Assembly (NCBI RefSeq): GCF_964355755.1
Contig: NC_092679.1
Location: 2,758,201-2,822,200, forward strand
Reading direction: 5' to 3'
DNA: 64,000 nucleotides
Source: Antedon mediterranea
Lineage: Eukaryota > Animalia > Echinodermata
Shown: positions 24,488-40,092 of the stretch, piece by piece
Layout of the letters: the number at the start of each line of letters is the position of its first letter
Numbering within the stretch: position 1 is the first letter of the stretch
Made by a program: the position numbers and the translations under genes
The notes under the pieces: model-generated
What the model was told of the DNA's origin: nothing
Databases searched by the model: none
What the model saw: the letters and a program-made list of their open reading frames with translations, nothing else

Positions 24488-27174
24488 TATTGCCAAAAAC
24501 CAGATACAAACAAACAAAAACACAGAAACTAAGGGAGTAGGCAGGAACCTAAAAGTGAACCTAATCACTATAACAAGAGTTCAGGTTCCGTACTCCCAAA
24601 GTAACAACAATGATATATAATAAACTATATAAAAATATTTAAATAACAAATAGACGAATCAACAGTGTCAATATAAAATAAACGGATAAAATACATTATA
24701 GTCGATTCAACAAAGTCAATATAAAACATGTGATTTAAGTGAATTTAAAAATGTTGGAAAACTGTCTAAAATTAAAGAATTTTGATGTTCAGTTAAATTA
24801 TATATCGTAGGCCTGTTTTTTTTTTTAAATCGCTTCGCTCGCTCCCCCTCTAGAAAGTGTAATGACTCGGTTAAAAAGGTTTTAGAAGGACGTTGTCCTT
24901 GTACGGTACGTTTTCTGTCGGTAACCATTATTGTAATGCTTGACATTCGTAAAACTAAATCTACTCTGTTTCACAGTGTCTTAGATGATTAATAACTAAT
25001 TAAAGTATGGTGTTTCTTGTTTGGTAGGGCCCTTATAGGGCGGAGGTGTAGAGGCGGAGTTAATTTGAGGGAGGTGCTTATTCGAGGGATATGTTCAATT
25101 TTTTAGTTTTAATAATATGGTAACAGATATGAAAAGTGGTAGCCTAAATAAATTAACGAATGTTTGGTAAATTGTAGATAACAGTGAATTCTACTACAAA
25201 TAGTATAATTGTGTTATTATGAATATAATAAAATATATAAATGTGGATAGGCGTTTATTAGATAGTTGGGGGGGGGGGGGTGGGGGGGGATTCTTATTCA
25301 AAGTGATGTTTTATTGGGGAGGTGTTGGGCGTTTATTCAAATAAATACCATCTTAATAATCAGTACATGATTTAGTTTAAACATCTTTTGAAACTTCCGC
25401 GACACGGCGACAGAGTGGGCCGTTTCGGCAACAACGTTTTAGACGGCTTGCAACATGGGCAGATGTATCCCGGTAGGCCTACTAACGGGACACAGATAGC
25501 CCACATTTATTCCTGCCAGCTTGCTCAATAAAACTCGGCTATCGGGATTTCACTCGATTTTAAACAAAATGTCTTACCATCAGATAACCCTGTGTAATTT
25601 TATAATATTATTCCTCACTATATACTCCGATGCTTTATGGTGTATATTTTCATTTGATCTTTTTAATTTGGAGTATAATTTTTATTTTTTAACTACTGTA
25701 CCTTCACACGCACACGCGCGGTCCGATCCGAAAATAGCCACTAGCTATAGCCACTAAACCAGGAAGTTGCAAGGTGGAACGTGAACTCATTGTGAACCCG
25801 GAAATTACCTCCACCCCGTACAATTGAAATTGAATTGAAAATCAACCAATGAAATTAGAAATTTTTCTTCCTAATATAGAAATATGGAACAATATCGTAA
25901 TAGTGAAAACTAATGTTATCAAATTTACATTTCGCGGTACATCTGAGATAGATCAGGTAAGTATTCATGGCGGAGATTTGTGCTCGCCTATGTCAGAATT
26001 AACCATAATTTATATATAGATCTCAAGCATCTGAAGATCCCCCTCATGGACTAGAGTGAATAAGTTGACATTAAACTGTTGGCATTAATAATTAGCATTC
26101 TTGATCATACCAATACTGTTACAATGTATATGTATTTGACCAATCACAAGCGATGGATTATAACTGTCTTGTCATTGGCCAACTCGCTTGCGTTGGTCTC
26201 TGGTGGGAACCAAGCTTTATGGCTCTGACGTACGTCTTTGCAGAGCGACCTCTATTAGTGAGAACTAAGCTTAACTTCTATGGGAAATAATAATTATTTT
26301 TACAACAGAGCGTCGCGGTTCACGCCACACAGATCCATTGTGAATAATTCTATAATTTGTTGATTACAATACTTCCCTTTCATTTTGTGTCCGCCTTTTG
26401 TCGCCATTCTCACAATAGAATGATTAAACGAGAATCTATTTTTATTTATTACAGTTTTAAGTCACCTCTTTCATTTCATATTTTTATTGCACAATCATTC
26501 ACAAAAAGAACTTCACTATAATATAGCTTGGTTCCCACTAGGACGTAACGCAACGTAAAGTGATTTGACCAATCACAAGCTATGGATATTCAAACAGTCA
26601 CGTGTGATTGGTCAACTCATTTGCGTTGCATCTACGTCCTTGCGTTACGTCCTAGTGGGAACCAAGCTTTAGATAGTAAGTAATGTCTGTGGGACAAAAT
26701 TTCCGGGGGGCAACCTGCCTAGAAGAATATTTATAACACCATGACAACAAAATAGACGTGCTATAACGATTGTTTGATTCTGATTTTATTATAGTGACTT
26801 TATATTATCATTTTATTGTTGACGTTTGAAAATTATATAATGTTTAAATATTGTTTACACATTTCGAAAACTTGTTGGTAGGCTTGAGGCCCCCCGGACA
26901 TTTACCCCCAAAATGTATAAACAATATGTTTGAATGATATAGTCTCTCTTTTAACAATATTACATTCATTGTTAAGGTCAAACGTGGATTTAATAAAAAG
27001 ATAACACAAAGTTAAACTATTGAAATCAGACAATTGTATAAACAGAGTATTCATCCTATACTTTGTTGTCATGGTATTATAATAAATAAACCGTTTGTAA
27101 AACTTAGCCCAAATATCTAAATACATCTAACTTTTAACTGCGTGACAGAGATCATTCGTTACGGAGGTTCAATC

Positions 27175-30100
27175 ATGTTATTTTTACCATTTATGCTGCT
27201 TATTGAACTGCTGATAAGTAAGTTAAATGTTATTTATAGGGTATACCCTCCAATTAAAGACCACTATTAGGACAAAAGGTGAAATAACCCTTATCATTAG
27301 TCTAATCTAAATCTAAATTGAATAACAAAAATCAAATGAGGAAATCATAGGCCTATGTGACGTCACTTTTAATATACGCATTGCCTCGTTCTTCGGATAG
27401 GAGGTAATTCCGTTGGTCCCGTGTACTCAATAGTTCACGTTAAAGAACTTGGTACAATATTCGAAAAGAATTTTTTGATTTTGCTTACAATAATGAATTA
27501 GTATTATTATCATTAATTACTATCATTAAGAACCTACCGAAACATCAACATGTATATGTCCAACAAGTGAACCGTGGACAACCAAACTTTCGACCACCGA
27601 ACCTTCAACCACCGAACCATGGACAACCCAACCTTGGACCACCGAACCTTCCACCACCGAACCCTCGACAACCGAACCCTCGACCACTGACCCACCAACC
27701 ACCGAACATTCGACCACCGAACCTTCGACAACCGAACCCTCGACCACTGAACCTTCGACTACCGGACCATCGACCACTGAACTTTCGACTACCGATCTAT
27801 CAACCACCAAAAAATGTGTATGTCCAACAACAAGTGAAACACTAACTACCGATCCACTAACTACCGATTCACTAACTACCGATCCATGGACTACCGGTAC
27901 ACGGACTACCGACCTATCGACAAGCAATCCGTCGACTACCGATCCGCGTATTACCGAATCATCGACAGCTGATACATCTACTACCGGTCCGACAGCTGCC
28001 GATACCACATCTGCTACCGAATCATCGACACCTGATACATCTAATACCGGTCCGACAGCTGCCGCTACCTCATCTGCTACCGAATCATCGACACCTGATA
28101 CATATACTACCGGTCCGACAGCTACCACCATCACATCTGCTACCGAATCATCGACACCTGATACATATACTACCGAACCGTCGACTACCGATACGCCGAC
28201 TACTGAACCGTCCACAACTGAACCGCCAACTACTGAAGCATCAACAACATGTTTTTGTCTAATAACAAGTGAACTTCCAACTACTGAACCATCGACTACC
28301 GATCAATCGACTATTGACCAATCGACTATCGACCAATCGACTATCGACCAATCGACTATCGACCAATCGACTACCGATCAATCGACTACAACGCAACCAA
28401 CCGGGTTTACGACGACACCATCATTAACACCTTGCGAATGTGGTTCAACAACAGAAACTGTAGTTTGTATGTTTAACGGTCAAGTTTACAATGCAGGTGA
28501 TGAAAGGTTTCAAGAAGAAGAATGCAATACGTGGTAAGTTTAGACAGTTATACAATATTAACAGTGCGAATTTATAATGTTTTTGAACATTTCTTTAACG
28601 TACGGTAAGCGAACATAAACTTAAAGATGTAGTGGCCCCAAAAACATGAAAAATAAAGGTTAATTTTAAAAAATACTTTGAATAAGCCATTTTGTGCATT
28701 TAAGCAGTTTTAATAAAGTAATATATATATATTTTAAATTTTTTGTTAAATATATATCTTAATGTTTTATAAGTGAAATCACAATTGTTTTTCCAGCTTT
28801 TTTTATGGAAGTGAATAACTTCATAATTACTGCAAAATGGCCTATTCAAAATCTGATTTTATAAATCTTTATTTTTTATCTATATATATTCATTCATTCA
28901 TCTAATTATTTAAAAAAAGTAAATTAATGTAAATGTGGTTTCTTTTTAACATCAAAATAATCTTAGCCTATATATACTGTTTAAAAGATATGTATTTTTT
29001 AGCAATGTACCTTATAAATAAGAGAAATATATAAATGTGCATATATATATATTATTATTATATTTATAACAGAGAACTATAATAAAAGTGGGACGAACCC
29101 ACAAGACAACAACAAAAATTCATTATTTTGGGGGACAATACATCTTTAAAGCAATGATATTAGTGATAATAATGATATTTTCTTATCTACGTAGTACCTG
29201 TTCAAGTGGAAACTGGATTTGTACTGATGTAAACCCAGACTGTACTGGTAAGATTAAACACAAACCACATTCTCATTTAAAAATATATATAGAGAATAAT
29301 TGTCTTATTTAGTTATAGGCCTATTTTGAAAGTAAACTAACACAAATTAAATGATGCAAAACTTTCATTAACATTTGTCACATTACATATAATTTCATAA
29401 AAATTTATTTTATTTTATTTTCCATATATTGACACCTTCCCAACGTTCAGATAAGTGAGTATTAACTATTTATTGAATTAGAATATTAGTAATAATTCTT
29501 ACATGTAGCATTTATTTTTGTAGCCTGTTTATTTTTGTAGCATGTTTATTTTTGTAGCATGTTTATTTTTGTAGCATGTTTATTTTTGTAGCATGTATAC
29601 TGAACGGGTTTATTTTGTAGTATTTTTATTTTTGTAGCATGTTTATTTTTGTAGCATGTTTATTTTTGTAGCATGTTTATTTTTGTAGCATGTTTATTTT
29701 TGTAGCATGTTTATTTTTGTAGAATGTTTATTTTTGTAGCATGTTTATTTTATAGTATGTTTATTTTATAGTATTTTATTTTTATTTTTTATTTTATTGT
29801 TTTATCTTTATACTATGTTTATTTATAGTATATTTAATGGCCAACAATAAAATGTTCTGTATAGCATACCCCAATATGAAATGATTACTTTTTTGCGACA
29901 AATGATTTGCATTGTATAACATCATTGTACTAAATAATACATTTTTGTAGCATATTTAATCTTTTATATGTAACTTTCACTACAGTACCGTTATCCAAAT
30001 GGGCCTTATCTTAAACTATAACTTCAGCGATATTGAGAACGCTACCGTGTTCATAGTGTAAGTGTACACAAATTATTATATTTTACCGGTGTTTTTAGAT

Positions 30101-33043
30101 GTGTTGCTCATACCTAAGCAACAACAAATAAGTGAATTGTATGATACAATAACTTATATTTACTGATACAACGAAAGCCAACAATAGATTACTGTAGGTA
30201 AATAATTGATTTCATTCATTCATCAATGAAAACGATTTCCATTGTCATTTGAATATAAACTATACATAGAAACTATGTTTTCTCTGAGATATACAAAAAC
30301 AATTAATTCAAAGTGTCACATCACTCTCGTGCGGTTTGCTGATTCATTAGTGCTCGATTGGCAGTTGGATAGAAGCTGTTACGAAACCTATTTGTATAGG
30401 CTACTTGAGGTGGTGGGCCGGTAACGTCTACCGCTACATAACACATCAAACACATTATCTCATGAATCTTCAATTTACAGTGAGATACCTTTTTCTCAAG
30501 ATATTAAAGTTTTAAGCTCTGTCTACACTATCTACTAGGCCCTACTATCAAAGTAGACTTGATAAAAAAAATGTGCCCAAATAGCATGGTGGTGATATGC
30601 ACAAATATGGTACTGATATGGCATCATATTTGGGCACATCACCATTGTTTTGTCACAAGTTGGATAGTGTAGACAGAGTTTTAGTTATTATTTCCATGGT
30701 AAATTTCACTATAATTCCAAAGGCAGCTGAAAAATACAATACATTTTGTTTTGAAGAATTTATTTTGAATAACTTTAATTAATTTGTTTTAAAGATATAT
30801 TGTTGATCAGTTAGCTGAAGAGTTTGAAATTGAAAAAAACAATATTATTGACGTACAGGTAAGAAAGACATTAAATTGGTCCAACAGTTTTAAGGAAATG
30901 CGTGAGAACGCGAGGAGACTTAAGAAAGAGAAAAGCGTTAAGGTCAATTTACACAGACGAGCGGTAACGGTAAGCGGAAACTCGCGTAGCTTGTCGTCCC
31001 ACGTAGATTCTGTATCTATCTTAGAGCGGAAACCGTCCGTATGCTCCGTGTTGTATGTAATGGTCATAAAGCTTGGTTCCCACTAGAACGCAACGCAAGG
31101 ACGTAGACGCAACGCAAGCAAGTTGACCAATGACAAACGACACATTGAATAATTCATCGCTTGTGATTGGTCAACTCACTTAATTTGCGTTACGTCGTTG
31201 TGTTGCGTCTCTAGTGTGAACCACGCACAAAGAATAACATAGATTCTATATCATATATTGTTACCGTTACCACTCGTCTGTGGAAATTGGCCTTTACGCG
31301 CGGGTCGAACGCTTGCAAATAACTAAAGCACATTTTCCTGTCAACAGATATCATCCTTGATAATAGTTTCTATTAAGGTTTAATTTCCTTTATGCTCAAT
31401 GGATGTTTTTTTTTTCTTTGTAGATACGCGAAGGTAGTGTTATTGTTGAATTCAAGCTTATTGGTGATGATGAGGACATAAATGTTGAAGATGTAGCTGC
31501 TATGATGGTTAATAGGGTAAACCATAAAACTAATATGATATATCTATAATAAAAGCAAACGAGTAACTTATTTATTATGATATGAGATACTTATACAGTA
31601 GAAAATGGTGGTAAAAATCATGGGAATCTGTCGAAAACTTCAATTGAATCAACTGTAAGGAAACATAATTCTCACACGTCACTCAATATAACATTCGTCA
31701 GCTTTATGTAAATAATTCCATTTTTTAAACACCGACGTAATACATACATACTCATTATGCTTTGTTTTAGCATACCTAATTAAAAAGTGCACTCATTTTA
31801 ATTGAGAGCCGTACTCGAATAAGCACTGTTGGTGTACTTAGCGATGAAATTGGTACATTTTTTTATGAAGTGTTCCACTTTGTAGGAGGCTCAAACAGTA
31901 TCATATCGTATCAGTTTATTACAATAAGATATAAATGATATTTTGAATCTGTTTATATCTTTTATTCGTATAGTTGCCAACTTTTGTATTCATGTTTAAC
32001 AACCAAAGTATACCTGTCATTAGTGTTGACGATCCAGTGATCATTTACAGACCTGAAACTATGACAACAGATTCACCAAAGTCACTCAGCACAGGGGCTA
32101 TAGTAGGAATTGTAGTGGGTACAATCGTTGTAATTGCACTAATAGTAGTCATAGCTGTTCTTATCGTAAGTAACGTATTATTTTTTCTCTGAATAATGTA
32201 GCGTATTTGTTAACCCACCAACCAAATCATAAATACGCTGAAATAACTGCAAAACTTGTGGCCTAATTATAAGGACAGTCTATACTCCCTTATTGAAGCT
32301 TGGACTAAGCGAGCCGAAATTAATTAAGCTCATCACGCCATGGGCATCATCTGAACTGTCGCTTGTGATTGGCCAAACGCACGTGCGTTGTGCTTAACGT
32401 TATTCTTTTTAATGTTGCGTTCCCGTGGAAACCAAGCTTAAGAAAAGCAACCGATTCTCTGTACTGTATCTATTAACGATGTATCATAGGAATATTCTGT
32501 AATAAAACATCACATGTGTATCTAGTAGTAACCTAACCCTTAACATAACCTTACATAATACAGGCATCAGTGTGTATGAATTAAATCCTGTACAGTATTA
32601 CCAAATATTCCTGATACTTCGGAAATAGATAGTATGTAGAGATACATACAGCAATGGGAACAACACAGATATGTGAATCTATTAGACAAAATATACATAA
32701 AACAATCACAATCAATTTTATTTAGGATTTGTTAAATTATAAAAGTAAACGAAAATTGGTATTATACTATATATTAATGCACTCTTTTTAGATACATAGT
32801 ATTAGTAAGAAGAAGAAAAACAAAGTATCAGGTGAACAAGATACAGAAGCCCTACAATTAGTAAGTAGGCCTACTGGTTTTTATAAATTGTATCTTATTC
32901 AATAACAGTTATAAGGAACTCTGATTTTATAAGTTAAAATGCTGAAATCACGGTTTGAGTGGATCGGAGCCTTGTTATCGTAGTATCAACCATAACATTG
33001 TTTATCTCTATGTTTTTTTCAGGCTGATACCGAAACAATATAG
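27175..33043 (+). CDS. Gene D: transmembrane mucin-like protein with VWC-like module and SEA domain, short tyrosine-free tail
   Basis: Exons 27175-27217, 27531-28533, 29195-29247 ([17 protein letters not shown]), 29451-29454, 29986-30057, 30795-30858, 31424-31516 ([10 protein letters not shown]), 31974-32165 ([26 protein letters not shown]), 32792-32860 (SKKKKNK), 33023-33043 (ADTETI*). Exon-by-exon homology to gene A. Confidence 0.85.
29503..29775 (+). repeat. 17-bp minisatellite (gtagcatgtttattttt) downstream of the gene D microexon
   Basis: About 14 units; a degenerate homolog lies at about 5575-5690 in gene A. Confidence 0.9.
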
Positions 33044-34768
33044 CAAAAATGGTAAAATGTGTTGGTATCTATTCTAAATGATTAACAAAACCATCGGGAA
33101 ATTAATGAAAACGATGCCCACGACAAAAGAGGCGATGATGTGACAATGATATTCATAAAACTCCCCACTTTCTATGACGGTGTCGGCAAACCGAAAATGG
33201 TGCCGGCAAACCGAAAATGGTGCCGGCAAACCGAAAATGGTGCCGAAAAACCGAAAATGGTGCCGGCAAACCGAAAATGGTGCCGAAAAACCGAAACGGT
33301 CACAAAGCACGACGAGACGACAATATATCAATAAAGACAACTTGACGCAAATAAATACGGCTGTAACAATTTTACCCTCAATTATATTTCAGAGTGGATG
33401 GTGTAAGACTGGATGGTGTAAAAAGGTGGAGGGTGTACTGTATATAAATCACAGATATTAATGTATTTTCTGGATGTTTAAAACAATTTATTGTACAGAG
33501 ACGAAATTATTACCGTATAAAGACCTATTGTTCTTATATAATATAAAGCTTGGTTCCACTGGGGACGCAACGAAAGGACGTAAGCGCAGCGTAACTTGGT
33601 AATTTGACCAATCACAAGCGATGGTTTTTCCAAACTGTCACCTTTCATTGGTCAATTCGCTTACGTTGCACTTACGTCCGTGCGTTGCATCCCTAGTGGG
33701 TAGCAAGCTTGAAACTATTTTTGTACTCTTTGTATTATTTTAATATTGCGCAAGTCAAAATAGTTCTAGAAACGCTTAAGTGAAAAACTGACGCATATTA
33801 ATCAAACCAGTTTTTTTTTTCATGGATAGTAGACTTTGACCTCTGAGATTCAAGAAAAATACGAAAGTATTTGCTTATGTTATTTAAGTTAAAACTTTAA
33901 AACGTTTGATAAATTTTACGCCAGAGTCACTGATCTATTGATTTAATGTAATTTGTGTAATTTGTTTAACCTAAACTATCGCTTATTCTTCCAATACAGA
34001 CGAATGTATAGATCTGTGTTGTTTTAATTAAATGCCGCTACTGTAGTTACTAACCGTTTTCATGGTGTCCCAATGCTTTTCAACATGTTTTTCAAAACAC
34101 TTCTATTCTAATATGTCTTACACGATCATCCATACGTTCCATTGATTATAAACCATCATTTTTTTTATTCTATTGACTAAAACTTGGTTCCCACGAAGCG
34201 CACTTTTTATATTTCTAAACAATAACTGTATTTAATCATAAATCCCAAAAGACCGCATTAAGACGTCTCCCACTATTGACCAATCAGATTACAGGAATTT
34301 GTTTAGCATATAGTCTGCCGATTTTGACATCCACAAGCAGAACGCAGCAAAAAAGTGAGTAATGAACCGTTTTGAAAAACCTTATAATTGAAATACTATA
34401 AACATAATCATGATACACTTCTTATATTAAAACTGTACAGAATAATAAGCATAGGTAGATAGAGTTACTAACTAGAATATAAAACAAGAATTGTAAAGTC
34501 TAGGCCTACGGGTAGGCATGTGGTTTCCCTTGTTCTTAGCGCGCTGGTACTTAGCCTCACACGGTCTTACTCAGTCCTTGTTTGGCTTCATTATAGGCCT
34601 AGGCTAACAAGTAACATTCCATTCAAAACCAAAGCAAATTTTAATTGCAGACTTTCACGAAGTAATAAAGTGTGATGATAGTGTTGATTAGTAAACTTAT
34701 AATAATAAACAAACCTGATTAAAAGTGAATTTTATTGCAATTTATTCTTAACAGGCATAAACACAATT

Positions 34769-36512
<1,744 letters not shown>

Positions 36513-37203
36513 GATTTATTGGCTGCTAAACTGGTGGCATATGTTGTGAAACTGAGTTTTATTTTTGTTTTGATTGTCCATGAGTCATTCATTCATTCCT
36601 TGAGCAACCAATCAAATCACAGCTAGGATGGATATCTCCAGGAGGGGCACAAACATACACAGAGTTTTTACAATTCTATATAATTATGATTGTACAATTA
36701 TTGTATTGTTTTCAGGTTTCCTTTCTCTGAACGACTGGTTGTAATCTATTATCACAATCAATTAATAATATAAGACAAAAGCATATTAAACAGCCTCCTG
36801 GTGTCCTGCGCATTATTTTTCTTCAAACATAAAAACTCAACAAATTCATCAGAATCGATACATTTTATTGTCATATAACACATGGTATGCTAAAAGATGT
36901 TGCTATTAATTATATAGCCGATAACCTATGCATACACATTAGTTAAACCTATTCTAAATACATTATAAATTCAAGTTAATGTCACCATAATGTCATGTGG
37001 GTAGTTGTACAGTTAAATAAAACAAACATACAGAGTCCCGTACAGAGTGCAAAGCAATGTTGCAGTACAACCTGCTCAATTAGATTTGGAAAATGGATGG
37101 GTCTGGGGGACGGGGGATGAATAGATGATATTGCTAGACAACTAACTACAGTAGATCTATTAATCAATCAATTTTGGAATATTCAGTGCCGTATCAAAAT
37201 AAC

Positions 37204-40045
37204 CTAGAAATCCTTTTTGCGTTTATTTCTACTGTCATAGTCGTCCCTCGAACGCGAGCCCTCCAATCGTCTCTTATCTGCCGTCTTGGCAGCGTTTAAG
37301 AACTTATCCAAACCGAACGGATCTTCCTCCTCGTTCTTTTCAAATTCTACTGGTCCGTCTCGTCTCTGAGAATGATCAGTTCCTTCAAAGCCCCTATCTG
37401 GTACAAATCTGAAGAAATAAATTTGTAATAATTAATATATTACCAATTTTAATTTTATAATACTTGCATTTTCACTATATTTAAAACATTTTTCGTACCT
37501 CTTTTCTTTAATGATTCTTTCCAAGTCATCACCATATATATCCTTATCGACATTCTTGCTTGGCCTATAGAGGGAGTTGGCAACATTATGTTCCTTCCGC
37601 CATGCTTCTGTGTACACATTGTACGACTCATCTTCACCTCCTGCAAACCCACTATCCATACCCTTCATTAAAGAGATAAATAAAATAAATCGTTTTCAGG
37701 CAGGTTTATGGTTTGTTTATGACCTACTGTCAAACACTATCAAACTAATTTGACAAAAAAAAGTGTAATGTGTCCAAATATGGTAGTGATATGTTCATAT
37801 CTATATATGGGCACATAAAACTTTCTTGTTGTCACATAAAGTTTGATAGTGTAGACAGAGCTTTACAAGAAATATTCTGTCCATTTGCTTTTCTTTCATT
37901 AGCTATCTTATTTTGAAAGAAGCTTCTGCTGTGCTGACTAAATCTATTCACTGATAATTTGCATATTGCACAGGTGTGAAAATATTTCCTTTGTCTAAAG
38001 ATCTATTGTTTTGCTCAGTTGCTGTTCAAGTGAACACAGCATGCTATGTGGCTTTCATCATTCTACCTTCTCTTATTGGATTTTTATTACCTTGAATATT
38101 CATACACCTTGCATTACAGGAAAAACAGTACAGATAAGTAGGACACTTAATTCATCTATGTATGTAAGCTTATCTGATTTGTATGACACTTGGCCACTAT
38201 TTTACCTGACAAACTGCTTAGTCAGTGTTTTTACATCTACTACTAACTGTACTGTAAGCATACAGTAGACCAAAGCATGGGTTATTATTTTGTGCAACAA
38301 GCTCTACAATCTATGTGTAATTTTAAATGTTTTACATAGTATTGACTACTGTTAGTTGAATAAGATAAAATAGCACAGTAATTTAAACGAACAATATACC
38401 TTATCTTGATTGAAAAGTCGTTGATCAAATTGCAGATCATCCGAACGACCTCCGACATTTGGCATACCCAGTGCAATCTTTTCACTGATATCCCTTTCAC
38501 GCTCTCGCTGGAGTTTGTTCCTGATGACAAGAAATATATGTTATAAACATATAAAATTTATAAGTGTATGGCTGTATTCACCAATCACACTTAGTGAGGT
38601 ATTTTCTTGTATTCACTTAGATAGGAGATTTTTCTTAGCCACAGGTTACTTGGGTTAATTGTAAGTCAACTGCTAATGATGAGCTTTCTTTACCTTTTAT
38701 CAGGAGCTGCTCTAGCTAGGTTTCGGTCACGTTGCCGCTGACGGTGTCTATCATCACGTAACCGATCTCTTTCCATTGCATCATCATCACGATCTAAAAA
38801 TATAATTAGTTACAACTTACATAAGTTTGTCAGGCATGATTGGTTATAGTGTTATATTGCCTCTTATTAATTTCATAGGAAAGTGTCTCCTTAATAGGGG
38901 TGTCCCCTGAATATATAGGGGTTGATTTTAGTGTTAATATATTTAGGCCCTGGTTTGTTTTACAAGCGTCTCCTTAATAGGGGAGTCACAAAGGAGGAGT
39001 CCTATGTCATTAACCAATAGTTTTTATTTTGTATCATAGTGTCCATTGCATTAGGGAATAGTATTGCAATATTTATCAGTAACTCATAAACTAATTTATC
39101 AAGCGTAGAGAATGAAGAATCTTGTGTACCTCCTGCATGTGACCGGATTCCTGCCCGTTCTTCTCGCGCCTTTTGCGCCACCGCTAGCAATTTATCCTCA
39201 TGTTTACTCCGTTCTTTCTGAGCAATTGTCTTTTCGACCTTTGCTCGGATTTCAACAGCTTCACGCGCCTTCCTATCGGCAATATAAAGCGCCTCTGCTA
39301 ACTTCGCAAAGTTCTCATTAATCTGTGGGTTCTGCATTCCTCGTCCGTCTGATGTCAAACGCTTATCTAGCGGGATTGTGTAACCCTGTAAAATTAAATA
39401 GAAAATGACAAAAGAAATGATATATGAGAGAGGATTTTATAAACTTGTTTAATTTTATAGATTCTAATGTTTATAATTTTGTTAGTACTTGTTCTACAGT
39501 ACACAGTATAATTCCTATTGGGGAAAGCCTTTTGACAAACAATAACTCCTGAATTGGTTGTACTGAAGCACATTCAATTCATGAGAAAGTATCCTTTTAA
39601 TAGTAGGGTTGTCTAGGAGGAGGTCTACTCTAAAGCTCTGTCTACACTATCAAAAAAAGTGTCCATTGTATCATGGGCACATCACAAACATAAAGTTTGA
39701 TAGTGTAGACAGAGCTTAATTAATAAAATATAATTTTGAACAAACCTTTTGATTTTTCCAGTTGGATATACATGGTGGAATCTTCCATTCTTGTTGCTCC
39801 TTGACTGTCACCTATTAGAATATTTTACATGTTTAGCATTATTTTAGTAAACATTAATTTACAATACATTCTTTTATTAAGTATACTGTACAATTAGTTA
39901 TATATTTAGATAAACTAAATTTTTACTTTTCTTGTCGGAGAGTGCATCACTGGAGCTGGTGGTGACGGAGGCCCTCGTGGTATCTTTTTATTAGTTCTAA
40001 AAAACAATTTAGAAAACATGATAAATTGAGATATTTCCAAAGGTT

Positions 40046-40092
<47 letters not shown>

